DNA of 64,000 bases, taken from Paramecium tetraurelia. Taxonomy: Eukaryota. Below, one piece after another: positions 12,803-26,630 of this stretch. Where the stretch lies: contig CT868048.1 in the NCBI GenBank assembly GCA_000165425.1, positions 124,001 to 188,000 on the forward strand, written 5' to 3'. The notes under the pieces are model-generated. The model was not told the DNA's origin, did no database searches, and saw nothing but the letters and a program-made list of their open reading frames with translations. How positions within the stretch are numbered: the first letter of the stretch is position 1; each line of letters begins with the position of its first letter. A program made the translations under genes and the position numbers.

Positions 12803-13947
12803 TCATTATTTTTATAATTATTGTTGTTGTTGTTATTATTATTATTATTCTAATACTGCTTTAGCTGCTGCTTAGACATATATTTTATCAAATGCAAGAA
12901 CATTTCCCGCAGCTTCAAATCCTTCTTTGCTTAGCTCACTAGCCTTATCTCCATATTTATTTTTTATAACCTAAAAGATTAATATTTGAATTACCTCAGT
13001 AGTGGCTTAACCAGTGCAATCCAATAGTACACTTAATGCTTCCGTTAATCCATCATAAATACTAACAACAGCAACGACAGCAGCTCCTCCAACATTTTTA
13101 GCATCATCATAGTATTTGTGCTCTTGCATTTTCTTACCAGTTTCACTATTCTCAAATTGCTTCTCAGCTTCATCAGCTATCAACTTTCCTAAATTGATCA
13201 AGGCATCAACTTAAGCTTTGGTGAATTGAAGTATAGCTTTAGATCCCTTATTCACTAATTTAACTTTATTTAATGTATCTTCTGAGACTTCTTTCTACTC
13301 TTTATCAGTGATCTTTTCAGAAATCAATTCTCCTCCTTTCTTAATTCCCTCTCCAATGAATCCAGCTACAGAAATTAAACCTTATCTAATAGCATTTCCT
13401 CCTTATTTAATATAATCACTAACTCCAGGAGGTTTCTCACCTTACCCAACATGATCCCATAAATTGACTTGCATTATTCCTGTTCTTAACATTAAATCCT
13501 GTTAAGACAATTTTTATTGGTCATCTAATTATTTCATATTGCTTCTTCCTTAATATATAGACTTAGACATAACATTTTAGTGCTGTTTTTGTGAAGAAAT
13601 CACAAGTCTTACATTAATTGAGAGAAGATGTTCAAAAGTATCAGATACCTAATCTTATTTTTCTACAATGATTCCATAAAAAATCTCATTAAGACCAGGA
13701 AAAATGTACATCTTGCTACCATTAACTAGTTAAGCCACCATTACTGGGATATTTTTTTGCAATGTATATTAGAATTGGCTGAATTTTATGAAAGACAATT
13801 TAAGTTACTCTGATTAATAAATCTATTAATATTTATGATCAAACTTACATGTAGAGTGCCAGCATCAACTTATTTGGGTTATTGATTTTTAATTTCAAAT
13901 AATTTGCATTATGGAACTTCTAATAATAATTGTAATTGATAATCCAT
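12803..13947 (-). CDS. Senescence/spartin-associated domain protein (spartin/ERD7-like)
   Basis: N-terminal FSNFQYTLQKNIPV..MYIFP; GGNAIRQGLISVAGFIGEGIKKGG; AVVSIYDGLTEALSVLLDCTG..KKYGDKASELSKEGFEAAGNV; poly-Q tail. Confidence 0.8.
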
Positions 13948-13979
13948 TATTCTTTCTTTAATTAAATAATTAATTAAGA
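13948..13979. promoter_or_regulatory. 32-bp head-to-head intergenic spacer (putative bidirectional promoter)
   Basis: ATG of the minus-strand gene at 13947 and ATG of ELP2 at 13980; spacer tattctttctttaattaaataattaattaaga. Confidence 0.55.
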
Positions 13980-16189
13980 ATGAAAAGTATATTCATTTCA
14001 GGTGGATGTAATTCTGTCTATAATGGTCTTGATGTTTGTTAATTTGAAGAAAACTAACATTTGATAGCATTTCCTTGTAGCAATCAAGTAAAATGATTAA
14101 TATCTTAGATATTAGTGTATGACATTAAGAAATTAAAGATTATCTATTCATATTCGATATTTAATAAGAGGGTCAATTACGTTAGGTTTTTGAATGCAAC
14201 TACATTGGTAGCTGCAGATGGTGAAGGGAAAATAGCAATATTTAATGATTCATAAGTTCTGTATGAGGCAAAATTGAATGAATCAATATAATTATTCAAA
14301 GTCATAGGTCAATATATCATAGCCTTATCAATCGATGGTCTGGTTACAGTATTGAATTTGGAATTAAAAGAACTATCAAAGCTTGAGTTTGGTAATAATG
14401 TGATGGAGAACATTGATGCAATAGAATTTGACAAACACACTTTTGTAGCTCTTAGTGGTGTGGATACTCAAATTCATTTGTACATTCTAGAAAACAATTA
14501 ATTGCAGTATAAGGCATCAGTGAAGGGCCATCAGAGAAGTCTAAATCATTTGCAATTTCACTTAAAAAATTAAGAATATTTACAATTAGCAAGTGCATCC
14601 AAAGACACATACACTAGAATATGGAGCATCTATAAAATTAATGAAGTAGAAGCCAAGACCAAATCTTTTAGAATTGAATAATAATTGTATAGTTTCAAAT
14701 TGGAGACTATCCTCTAAGGACATATCGAAGAGGTTTCAACAGTGAATTGGTTTGATGAGAACACAATCTTAAGTGGTTCATTCGATTATAATGTGATCAT
14801 TTGGAAGTAAGACAAGGATACAGGATTATGGTTAAGTGTTTCAAGACTAGGGCAAACAAGTGGGAATAAGAATTAGATATTTGGATTGTAAACGTCATTT
14901 GATAAATAATACATTATATGTTATACTTTGACTGGAGCAATTTATATATGGAAACAAGAATAGGATAATTGGGTAGAATAGCCTGTAGTTACAGGTCATT
15001 ATGCAGAGGTGACAGATTTGGATTTTAAGGATTATGTATTGACTTGTAGTAGTGATTAAACTAGTAGAATATTCACTAAGTGGATTAAAAATGATACATA
15101 TCATGAAATATCTAGACCATAAATCCATGGTTATGATTTAAACGCAATAAAACAGATTGGAAATTAAATTATAAGTGGAGGCGATGAGAAAATATTAAGA
15201 ATGTTCAATCCGTCTCCTTTTACCATTAATTAGCTTAATTATTTGAATGAATAGAATATCAATTCATCTGTTTTTTTAAATTAGAATATCCCTTCACAAA
15301 TCGTAACATATAACAATAGACAATTTAATGAATTTAAATTAGCAACTGAAGGAATACAATAGGCACTTGGATTGATGAATGTGCAAATGCAATTTGAAGA
15401 TGAGGAAGATGAGAAGTAAAATTCTATTTTAAATATAATAGTGTTAAAAATAATGAAGTAGAAGTCAATCTTGAAATCAAATATGGATAACCTCCAAATG
15501 ATGCCTTACTTGCAAAGAAATCATTATGGCCAGAGACTAATAAATTATATGGACATGGATATGCAATCTAGGCAATAGCTATACATTAAAATATAGCCGC
15601 CTCATCTTCTGTTGCCATAACATCTAAAGCAGCTGAAATTATCATTTGGGATACAAACACATTCAAAATTAAATAATTATTACCTTGTCATAATTTCACT
15701 GTTGTCTAACTAGTCTTCTCTAGGAGTGGCAAATATTTGATTAGTGTTAGTAAAGACAGATGTTTAGGAGTATTTGTTAAATAAGATGATGACACTTATT
15801 AAATACTATCGAAATCATAGCCTTGTTCAAGAATTGTTTACACTTGTGCTTTCAATAATGATGAATCTCTTATATTTACAGGAAGCAGAGATAAAAAATT
15901 TAGAATTTATAACACAACAGAAGCTTCGGTGCCAATTAAAGAAATAGAATTTCAAGATGAAATAACTGCCATTGATTCTGTCTTACTTAATAACAAATAA
16001 ATAGTTGCAGTAGCATATGGTTAAGGATAACTTGAAACTTTTGAGTTGACATAAACTCTAGAGTTGAATTTGCTTTCCAGTGTAGATAAATATCACAAAC
16101 ATTCAAAAACAATTAATAGAATTAAATTTAATAATGATTTGCTTGCCTCATGTAGTGATGATCACACAGTCAGAATATATCAAATATGA
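13980..16189 (+). CDS. ELP2: Elongator complex protein 2 (WD40)
   Basis: FISGGCN; LASASKDTYTRIW; VVTGHYAEVTDL; YHEISRPQIHGYDLN; SGGDEKILRMF; LWPETNKLYGHGY; SVSKDR; LASCSDDHTVRIY. Confidence 0.93.
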
Positions 16190-16559
16190 AAATATAATAT
16201 AATCAATTAAGTATTATCAACAGAAATAATCAAATCTTACATTTTTTGGTCTTATTTTATAGACTTTTCTCATGATTGTTATATCTAATTTTATGGAAAT
16301 GCAATAAATCAGATGAATTCGTATGAAAAATATTAGGAATTTACAGAATTAATCAAAATTAATAAAAAAATGGGTTTAACAAATTATCAATATACAATTG
16401 AATAAGTATTTCAATCTATCTATTAAGTGAAATCAACTAGAGCTTTTGTATGATATTCTAAATTGTTTATGATCTTAAGCCTAGCGAACTTATTAAACCC
16501 TCATGGATTTATTATATATATATTAAATAAAATTAATCTATATAGTATTACATATATTA

Positions 16560-19490
16560 ATGAAATTTGGAAGTGTATTTAATCCGAGAGGTGTTCTAGA
16601 GATAAACTACAAGATATCATCCATAGATGCTTATTAAAATGTCTTATACACTGGAGATGAGAAAGGCACATTAAATAGGTAAATGATTAATTGATTTAGA
16701 TATCAATTGTAGCCTGATTAAGCCATGATTATTCAAGCCAATTAAGCATTATCTAAACCTTTGACCAAATCAAGGATTGATTAAATCAAAGTTTTCCCTT
16801 AAGCAAATGCTAATCTTTTGGTTTTATCAGATTAGACTTTATTTTTTGTTGAAGAAAAAACTCTGAAGGGCGAGTAAATCTCAAAAGAAAAGGTGTCGTT
16901 ATTTGCCTTAAACGAATTTTCAAAAATAAATTAATTTGAGATAGTGATAGTGACAAAGAAGAAGGAAGGCTTCATTTTATAGTACAATTAGAAAGCAGGG
17001 AAATTTGAATGTATGAGAGAGAGATTCTTGTTGCCAGACATTCCCGTAACAATTGCATTTATAGGAAACTTATTTTATTTTGGAATATCGAAGAAAAATT
17101 ATTCTGTGATAAATCTTGATGATAAATAACTACAAGTAGCCAATTTAATTGTGGACATTGGCAATAATCCATATCTCAAGGCTACTGATAGTGATGAAAT
17201 ATTAATAATAACAACTAACAATGTGGGTATTTTTATTGGCAAAGATGGCTAAATGAAATAGAAGAGTACTATCCAAATACAAAACAAATCAATATAAATA
17301 ATAACTATATTTAAGTAATATCTTATAGTACTATTCGATAACTTAATACAAGTGTTCAATTTATTGGATTCTAAACCTATGAGTGATATCTAATTGTCAT
17401 CGTCAGCTAAATGCATTACTTAAACATCAAACCATTTATTTTATGGAAGTTCTAGTGAAGTATGAATTATTGTATCAACATTTTTAGATCATCTACTTAT
17501 ATTAAACACCTCCTGAACAATAGATTTAAGATTTACTAAAGTAAGGTAAGGTGGAAGATGCACTTCAAGTATTTTAACAATACAATTAAAACTAAGATGC
17601 ATCAAAGAATTAGTAATTGGAATAGTTAAAATTGGATTGTGGTTGGGCTTTGATTAGATAGATGTAGTTTTAGAATTCATTGAATTATATCTTATAAACA
17701 AACTTTGAACCAAGAGATTTCATTTGTTTGTTCCCAGATTATTACTATGCTGTAGAGAAATTAGAATCAGTTAATCCAAATCCATCTTAGAATACTATTT
17801 CATTAATTATTGCTAAATATGTATAAGAAAACAATAAAGGTGATCCAAAGAAGAGTTAAGAATTAAAATTGTTAGCAAGAGAATTCTTGATTGAAATCTT
17901 AGAAAAGAAAAGAGCCATTCTAACTTCAACTCAATATGCATATTCAATGAAGGATAAATTGACTTTGTTGACTAGTACTTAAATTTACAATCAAAATTAA
18001 TGGCATGCTATACCATGTGAATAACTTTTGGAACTCATAGATTTTGCATTAATAAAGGCATATTTAGAAGCTTTATAATTACCAAAATTGAAAAACTTTT
18101 TATCTTGTAATCAAATATATTGTTTATCTATGTATGCTGAATTATAGGCCATATTTTAAAATAATAAATAAATTGAACAATAATAAGGTATTTTAGCTAG
18201 GTTTTATGAATCGTTTAATAAAATCGATTTGTCTCTAGAAGTTTGGAGGACCATAGGTGGTGATTCGTTGAATTAATAAGTTCAACAAGAGGCTTGTGAA
18301 GAAACAACAAGAATACTCAAACAGAATCCAGATAAGAATAGAATATTCAAGTTCATTTTGTGGGTTTTCAAGAAGTAATTCAAAACAGGAATTTAAATCT
18401 TTTATGTGAGTGAAAGTATTGTATCTCCAGACTAAATGTTAAAATTCTTGGAAGAATAAGAAATGGAAGCAGATCTGAAGAGAAAATTAAAAGAAAAATA
18501 CTTAGAAGTTTTAGTATTAGAGAAGTAGACAGAAGAAGAAAGATTCCATACTTTATTAGCATATTCATACATAGATTCCTTATTTAATATATTCCCTAAG
18601 GACATCTCACCATCTTAGATTGATATGAAGAAGAATTAAATAGCTGGGGAAATATATTCTTCTTTGAAAAAGTACTTGAAAAATCCAAATGCCAAATACA
18701 ATTCTTCTAGTATTTTGGAAAAGAAAGTAAAGGATTCTTGGATGATTGGAGAAGTAATCCTATTGTATGGTCGAGAGAAAAGACATGAGGAGGCATTGAG
18801 TCAATTATTAAATCTGGGATATTATGATTGGGCTGAGAAATATTGCTGTGATTACACTGACAATCTATTAACAAAACTATTCAAAAAGGTATGAAATATT
18901 GTTTAATCTAAAGTACAAAGAACTATATTTCTTTTTGGAAAGTAAATACAAGGAAAGACCAACAGATCAGTAAACTTAATATGCATTTAGTTAAGTTAAA
19001 GTAATATAATTAAATATTTGAATCTAGATTACAATTAACAATTTCCTGAAGAAATATGCAACACATTCTCAATTAAATGCTTTAGAAGTATTAGAAATGA
19101 TACCAGAGAATTGGATCTTAGCTGATTAAGGCGAAGATGATGGATTATTTTAATTTTTAAATAGTGTGATAAGTAATTACAAAATTAATTGAAAGGCCAT
19201 ACATTACATTAGAAAAGATCAACCAAGGCTGCATTTCACTTATCAGACATGGATTTATTGAATGTTGAATGTCTGAATGCCAGTACTAAGTAAGCCAGTG
19301 TAAGGATTACATCTGAGAAGAAATGTGCTGTTTGTAGTAGATCAATAGGAGAAAAAGTAAAATTGTTTTAATTAACTTTTAGGTATTTGTCGTTTATCCA
19401 AATGCTGTCATTGCACATCATACATGTATTAAAAGTAATACTGTGTGTCCAACGACTGATAAAGATTTTGAAAAGTATTTTAAAATGTGA
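16560..19490 (+). CDS. VPS39: Vps39/Vam6 (TGFBRAP1-like) HOPS/CORVET subunit
   Basis: N-terminal CNH-like region; CHCR (KYLEVLVLEKQTEEERFHTLLAYSYID; ILLYGREKRHEEAL; WAEKYC); C-terminal ITSEKKCAVCSRSIGEKVFVVYPNAVIAHHTC; several tiny introns. Confidence 0.88.
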
Positions 19491-19782
19491 ATGTGAGTTT
19501 ATCAGATAAAATAAAAATTATATTTTATAACTAATTTTTGTACATAAAGTTAAAAATAATTTGTTAATTCGATATTAATTCTTAATAAATTCTTTTCTCC
19601 AGAATCCTAATCGACGTTCTATGCGATATAAAACTATTAAAATTTTCTTATCGCACCATTTCTGAAATCAATATCAACACATTAATTTAATTGGCTGATA
19701 TTCAAATCATTCGGAAACATAAGTTTTATTCTCACTACGATTTTAATGTGAAACAAAAAATTGAAAAAACAATAATTATTTA

Positions 19783-20441
19783 ATGTACCAGAACATATTT
19801 CAGAACTACATGGCCACTCCCTAAAGACAATACTATCCATAATGTGTTCCTTAGTACTATTATCCTGTTTAAAACACATCTTATCCATAATACCAAATAA
19901 TGTAGGCTCAGCCTGTTCTCATTATAAAGAAGAAAGATGATCAAATAAAACAAGAGGATAATATTGTTTAAACAAGACCTTAAAAGTCTGTTTCTATTGT
20001 TGATTTTGAGAAAACCTCCGAATAGATATAAACACCTTCAGTTTAAATCTAATCCGATGATAAAGGGAATAATTTAAAACCTAATTTGCTCGTGGACTCA
20101 ACAAATATATAAAAAAACTTCTCTAAAGCCATAGTCCAATATGCTTTGAGATAAAAAAAAACTGTGTACCAGATCCTTGGAGAAGAAAAAGGAAATCAAT
20201 TTCTGTTGTTCATGAGCGAACTTGTAAATCAGCTCAGAAATCTATTTCATCTAGTGAAATACACCCAGGATGAAGAATATCTTAAAGCCATAAGAATTTT
20301 AGGGTATTTTTTTTGAATAATAATAGTAATAACTTTTTAAGGAAAGAAAGTACATGTTATATTTATAATTCAAAAATAAGATAAAAAACCAGTCACATCA
20401 AGCACAAAGCAATAGTAAAAAAAGTCCTATTAAAACTTTGA
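19783..20441 (+). CDS. Hypothetical protein with Q/Y/P-rich N-terminus and basic helical C-terminal domain
   Basis: MYQNIFQNYMATPQRQYYPQ...DSTNIQKNFSKAIVQYAL...KAIRILGNNFLRKESTCYIYNSKI; one intron. Confidence 0.7.
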
Positions 20442-20911
20442 AATTTACAATATTTTTTTTTTATGTATGAATCCAGTATCTTGATTTGTCAGAAATTAAA
20501 AATAAAAATTTAATACAAATTCTTTTGTTTTATAACTTATTATCTAATTAATCTAATTTATACGCATTTTATTAGAAGTAGAGAATATATTTTAACCTAA
20601 CTCAATGATACTATTACATCATACGATTTGGAATCCTTCTAATTTCATTGATTTTTCCTTAAATCCACTCCCTATTTAATAACACAATGCTTTTTAAATT
20701 TATTCAATAATACTCAGGTTTTCTTAGTAACCTTAGAATTTATGACTACATTTCAAAATAAAATTCTCAAGTAAATAATTGAAATTCTTGTATTATTACG
20801 CTTTATTAAACATATACCATGGTGTCAATTAAAATGTTGTAAGGCCGCCCTCTCATTTGTATATTAATTAAAGCTATTTAAAAGGTTTTGTTTAATTTTA
20901 TTATTTGATAA

Positions 20912-23372
20912 ATGAAACCTGTTTCAAGATTGATAGTGATCCTATTTTAAATAAATGGATTGGGGTTTTCAATTTATTACTGTTTAACATCTTGGGAAAA
21001 TACGAATTTAGCATATCTGACGATCTAAGCTCTATTGGCTCTATTATTATTTTTTTTTTAGACCAAAAATAAACCAACACAATTCATTGGAAGCATAATA
21101 TTGATACAATTAAGCTTATGTTTGTTTCTGATTTAAAATGAAAGAAATTCATAGAATGAAAGTACAGCATATGTTATCATTGTTCATTTTATCACAACAC
21201 AACTATTTGAAGATTTTAAAAGATTTCAAACATAGTATTTTTTTGTTAGATGTAGATTATTTTGGCTCGTTTTATTGCTTTAATCAAGTTTTTTGTAGAT
21301 TGTTTACATATCTTAAACTTCTTAAATTGATATATCCTTTTATTAGTGCACATTTAGTTTGTTCTTCTCATTGTTGATTAATTTCACAAACGGAATGTAA
21401 AAGGTGGTCGCACCAAGAAACAAATTAAGTGATTCGTAACGAAATTAGAATACAGACTAATTAATAAACAGGAAAGAACGGGCATCTTCACAGTCAGATT
21501 CAGATAAGCTGTCTCCAAAAAGTAAGGAATACCCAATCTCTCATTTTTTCGTGCCTGATTACTCCTTTCCAAATCAAATTTTAAACCAGAACATACTAGA
21601 TGTAATGATGTAATTTACTCATGAAGGCTTAGTGGTTTTAAGATTAAACTAATTGAATTAAGAAATGGAGATAGTATTTTCAAATATAGCATCAAAAACA
21701 TTATTTTCAGTTAATTCAGCCAAAGAAATAATTGATATTTTAAATACTTTAAACAGCCTTAAATATTAATAACATGATTCATAAGATGAAAATTTCTTAA
21801 TGATGAACCAACAAAAATAATTGTGTAAGAGTATGGCATTTTTGAAGAGTGATCACATAAATTAATCCATTAATCCACACCACTAGATTTTATTTGAAAT
21901 GAATCAAGAAAAAAACATTGTAAATTAATTCAAAGAAATATTTAGTAAGTTTAAATAAAATAGTTTTTAGAATGAATTTTTCACATTACATACAATATTT
22001 CCTAATAATGGGGTGACGATGTCTTAGAGTGATAGGAAGACGGAGAAAATGTTGGAATTGACGATTTCAAAGAAGGAGAACAACCTATTCTTCCTATTGA
22101 TTCGAGACATAACACACAAATAAAAAATCAAATATCTGAGAGAATATGACCTATAGAAATCGAAGATGTTATCCTATGTAAGTCATGAATACAGGTCTCC
22201 CCTGAATTGCATTATTTAGATGATAGAGAATGTGTTGCACTCTAATTAATTAACTATGGATAATTCTGAAATGCTTCAAGCTGCTTTGGACAATTCATAT
22301 TATATATTAAATTTATCAAATGATTTACTGGATTTGGCTCAAATCAAAAACGGTAAATTTGCATTGCAATAAACAAGATTCAATTTGGAATAATTAATCA
22401 AAGAATGCTTGAAATTGTTTGCATTGAAGGCGAAGATATTGAAATTAAATTTATCTTACATTTATGATAGCAAAGCTCCTTTTATAGTTGTGAGTGACAG
22501 AAATAGAATTAAATAAATTTTGGTGAATTTATTGAGCAATAGCTTTAAATTTGCATCCAACTAAATAACAATTCTAGTATCTTACATAGACAACACAACA
22601 ATTAGAATCGGGGTTTAAGATGATGGGATTGGCATATCTGATGACGATTAGAAGAAACTCTTTAAACAATTCTCAAAAGTGAATTCTGAAGAGAGTAGAA
22701 AGAGAAATGAGAATGGAGTTGGATTAGGATTGGTCATCAGTAATCAGATAGCAAGTTCTATTGGTTGCGGAGGCTTACAGATTGATTCAAAGTTAAATTA
22801 AGGTACCTATTTCTTCTTTAACTTGTAAATCTAATAAACTAGACTGAAGAAGGTGTCAAGTTATAGGGTAAAGGAAAATCCAGGATAGTCACAAGAAGTT
22901 GATGAAGGCTAGGCATTTCTGTTGGAACCCAAAAAGTCAGTTGAATTGGAACCACCCCCTATTAGATGTTCTCATGTTTTGATAGTTGATGACGAGATCT
23001 TTAATGTTTTTACCTTCACTAAATTACTGAATAAAAAGTAAGTATTGGCATTGATTAATTAGAAACATTGTGGATATAGATTCAGCTTCGAATGGCAGTG
23101 AATGCATTGAAAAATTAAAAAATAAAAAATGTTGCTAGACTTGTAGTGGCTATAGAATGATCTTTATGGACTTAGAAATGCCTATATTGAATGGTTTTAA
23201 TGCGGCTAAGGAAGTGCTAAAGATTAATCCGAATTAAATTATTATTGCTTGTTCTGGCTATACAGATCATAAAGAGAAAGAATAGTGTTCAAAAATTGGT
23301 ATTTTGAATTACCTAGTGAAGCCAATCAGAGACCAAGAACTAACAGACATTTTAACAGCGTATTATTTTTGA
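20912..23372 (+). CDS. Membrane-bound hybrid sensor histidine kinase with receiver domain
   Basis: N-terminal TMs; H-box LSYVSHEYRSPLN; DRNRIKQILVNLLSNSFKF; QDDGIGIS..LFKQF; GVGLGLVIS; receiver VLIVDDEIFN, IFMDLEMPILNG, YLVKP. Confidence 0.93.
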
Positions 23373-23466
23373 TTTGTAGTATAAATAATTTAACAATTAT
23401 AAATAAAATCCCTGAAAAGATTGATTTAATGAGATTGAGATTTAATATAAGGAACAAAACAATAAA

Positions 23467-24483
23467 ATGAATTCAGATTAGTTTAATCCTCAATCATACG
23501 AATTATAGAAACTGTATTAAATACGAGAGACTTTGCATTAATAGTAAAGATTATAATAACTCAATGCATTGTTGCAATAATAAAGAATGCAAATGATGAA
23601 TTCTCCAACTTAGTAGTAACCTTCTGGAATAGTTAAATAAATCGAATAGACTTTTGAAACTAATATAAACAATTCTTCAAAATTAACATCTAGTAAAAAT
23701 GCCTTTTTGTTTGCTTAAAGATTGAAAAACAAAGATTCAATATAGGAACTAACTAAGATGATCAGAATATGTCCTTTGAATAATGAACAGACCTAAGAGT
23801 TGACATCACTAATTACTGAAAAATTGTTATTGAAACAATAGAAGGTTGATTATGCCTAACAACACAATCTAATCATTTTGCATTTGCAAATAACCAATAA
23901 GTTGTCCATTGATGTTCTCTAATTCTATGTCTTTTTATTTGTTAGATTTCCTAATTTGTTGACTATTGTTGGAATAATAGAGAGTTGGTTATCAAATTCA
24001 GATAATGCTGTTGCCTATTTAGAAGAAGTGTGTTCTCATTTCATTAAAGAGATTTCAGGTACTCTGGTCTAATTCGTATGCAATAAGGATAACAAAAGTA
24101 ATTATAAGGTAAGAGTTTTGATTATAAGATAGGGCAGATTGGAAATGCTAAGACTATTGATCAAATACATTGGGAATGAGGAATTATTGTCAGCCTTTAT
24201 CATGTTGGATGTTACTGAGATGTTAGAGAACTGTATTGAACAACAATTTTATAAGGATACTTTTAAGGTGATCGTCACTTTTTTTGAGAATCCCAATTTC
24301 AATCATTATGTAATAAATTGAGGTTTATATTAGAAATCGATTGAGAAAGCAATTAAAAAACTATATGATAAATTAACTCCAGAATACAAATTGCAATTGG
24401 ATTCATTAATTAAAGAGTATAAAAGAACTTGCGATAAGAACAAGGAGAAAGCACTTCAGAATTAGAAACCAGATGAGATTTGA
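23467..24483 (+). CDS. Hypothetical protein, Q-rich N-terminus and alpha-helical C-terminus
   Basis: Open frame MNSDQFNPQSYELQKL...GRLEMLRLLIKYIGNEELL...NQKPDEI*; includes ORF-track 24139..24321; 24-nt introns. Confidence 0.7.
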
Positions 24484-24572
24484 TATTATATATAATAATG
24501 TATTTATGTGTTATTATAATGAGGAATCAAGACTTTATAAAATAAACATATAAATTAAAATTAATTTATAAG

Positions 24573-25854
24573 ATGGATAATGACATATTTGCTAATAACT
24601 CGATTGTGATTGACATGGTAAGCAAGACTGAAATATCAATTAATAGGGTTCAAGTCAGATGAAGGCTGGATTTGGTGGAGATGACAAACCGAAATTGATT
24701 TTCAATTCATAGTAAATAAATTGAAAATAATTAAGTATTGGACGTCCCAAATATAAAGCCTTACCTGTAGCAAATAGTCAAGAATTTTATGTAGGAAATT
24801 AAATTACAGATAGTACAAGAGGGATGATGAAAATCAAATACCCCTATCAAAGAGGTGTGATCAAAGACATGAATGAAATGGATTAATTATGGAAATATAC
24901 TTTCTAGGAATTGCATGGAAATCCAAAAGAAGTAATTATTAGATATATCTTAGTGTCCAATCTTATTGACTGAACCTCCTTATGCATCATAATCATAGAA
25001 AGTGGAGATAGCAAAACAATTTTTTGAGAGCTATAATTGTCCAGCTTTGTTCTTTGCAGTATCCGGAGTCATCAGTTTATTTGCCAGTGGTAAGACAACG
25101 GGAGTCATTCTGGATGTTGGAGACACAGTATCTTAAAGTATTCCAATTTATGATGGATTCTACATTTAACACAGTGCATAGAGAGTAGATTTGGCAGGTA
25201 GAGATGTGACAGAAAATCTGAATAATTTGTTGAGAAGAGCAGGATACACATTCACTACTACAGTAAGGAGTGTTAATTATCATAAAAGGCAGAATATGAA
25301 ATTATAAAGAAGGTTAAGGAAAAAAGATGTTTCTTAAGTCCAGCCATGATTGGAGAAGACAAGTTTTAGGAGGAGAGGAAGATCAAAGACCAATATATGT
25401 TACCAGATAACAGTACCATTGAATTGAGTTTTGAAAAATAAAGAGCACCTGAGATTTTGATGTGTCCAGAAAAATATGGTCTAGAATTGAATTGTAATTT
25501 ACAAAGAAAGTAAGTTTAGCTATTCCTGAAATTTTGGCAAATTCAATATAGAAAGTTGATCTAGATTTGAGGAAACCATTATATAGTGAAATTGTATTGA
25601 CAGGAGGTACATCCATGATGTAAGGATTTCCAGAGAGATTAATAGGAGAAGTAAAGAGATTAGTACCAAAGGAGGCTAAGGTATTAATATTGTGAATATC
25701 GAAGGTGAAAATTTGGGCCCCACCTGAAAGAATTACTTTGAGTTGGTAAGGTGGGTCAATTTTGTCTCATTTGGCATCATTCAAAAGTATGTGGATATTG
25801 AAGAAAGAGTTTGAAGATGAAGGAGAACGCATTTTAATCAAAAAATAATTGTGA
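24573..25854 (+). CDS. ARP1: Actin-related protein 1 (centractin-like, dynactin)
   Basis: IVIDMGSSQMKAGFGGDDKP; IGRPKY; LLTEPP; SGKTTGVILDVGD; DLAGRDVTENLNNLLRRAGYTFTTTAEYEI; IVLTGGTSM; KIWAPPER; LASFKSMWI; 6 tiny introns. Confidence 0.85.
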
Positions 25855-25893
25855 GGTTTAGATAAATATATTTAATGGATTGTTATTGTACTG

Positions 25894-26345
25894 TCATTTT
25901 TCGACCTTGCCTAACCACAAAGCAAGTAATGATTTGCCTTTAACAGCGATGATCTTGAATCTGACCCCTGGAATATCTCCGACTGCATGTCCCTTTCTTC
26001 CGAATCCAGCTACTGTGACTTCATCATTCTCATTTAAGAAGTTCAGACAACCATCCTTTGGAACGAAGGCTGATATTTTTTTACCATTTTTCTTGAGCAA
26101 TACTCTAACACACTTTCTGACGGCAGAGTTTGGTTATTTGGATTCACTAAAATATTATCATTTAATTATTACACTCCGATTTTTTCAACAACCAATCCCT
26201 TAGCATGTGATGCACCCATAAATGGATTTTTATATCTTGATCCAATCATAGCCTTATTATATTCCTTATCAGCCCATCTATTAACTCTTCTGTGATCTTT
26301 GAGCTTTCTACCCGCTCGCATACCTCTTGGTTTTCCGACACCCAT
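25894..26345 (-). CDS. RPS23: 40S ribosomal protein S23 (uS12)
   Basis: [15 protein letters not shown]...[29 protein letters not shown]...GDIPGVRFK; 26-nt intron 26147-26172. Confidence 0.98.
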
Positions 26346-26630
26346 GATTATAAATAAAAAGATTTTATTTATTTTTTCAAAATATTCTTAAAACAAATCA
26401 ATCTAACTAATTTATCACAAAATATGAACTTATTCATAGTCAAATAATGTTATAGGTAATTAATCCAGCATATGATATTATTCCTATGATCTAATTAGTA
26501 AAGAAATACTTTATTGAAATCCATATTGTTCAATAAAAGACAAGAACTAAAACACTCTAGATTAATTAAATATTATTATATATATATAAACATGAAATAA
26601 TATACACAGCAAAAGATAAGAGGATGGATT

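Noticed and set aside
16313..16453. 46-codon plus-strand ORF between ELP2 and VPS39
   Set aside because: No motif; frames this long arise by chance when only TGA is a stop.
20912..23372. Histidine kinase as bacterial contamination or recent horizontal transfer
   Set aside because: It uses TAA/TAG as Gln, has tiny introns and matches host base composition.
25880..26203. 107-aa plus-strand ORF in the track
   Set aside because: Antisense shadow of RPS23. The same applies to many track ORFs, e.g. 6243..6497, 11063..11266, 14895..15128, 25077..25283, 30469..30723 and 57000..57224.
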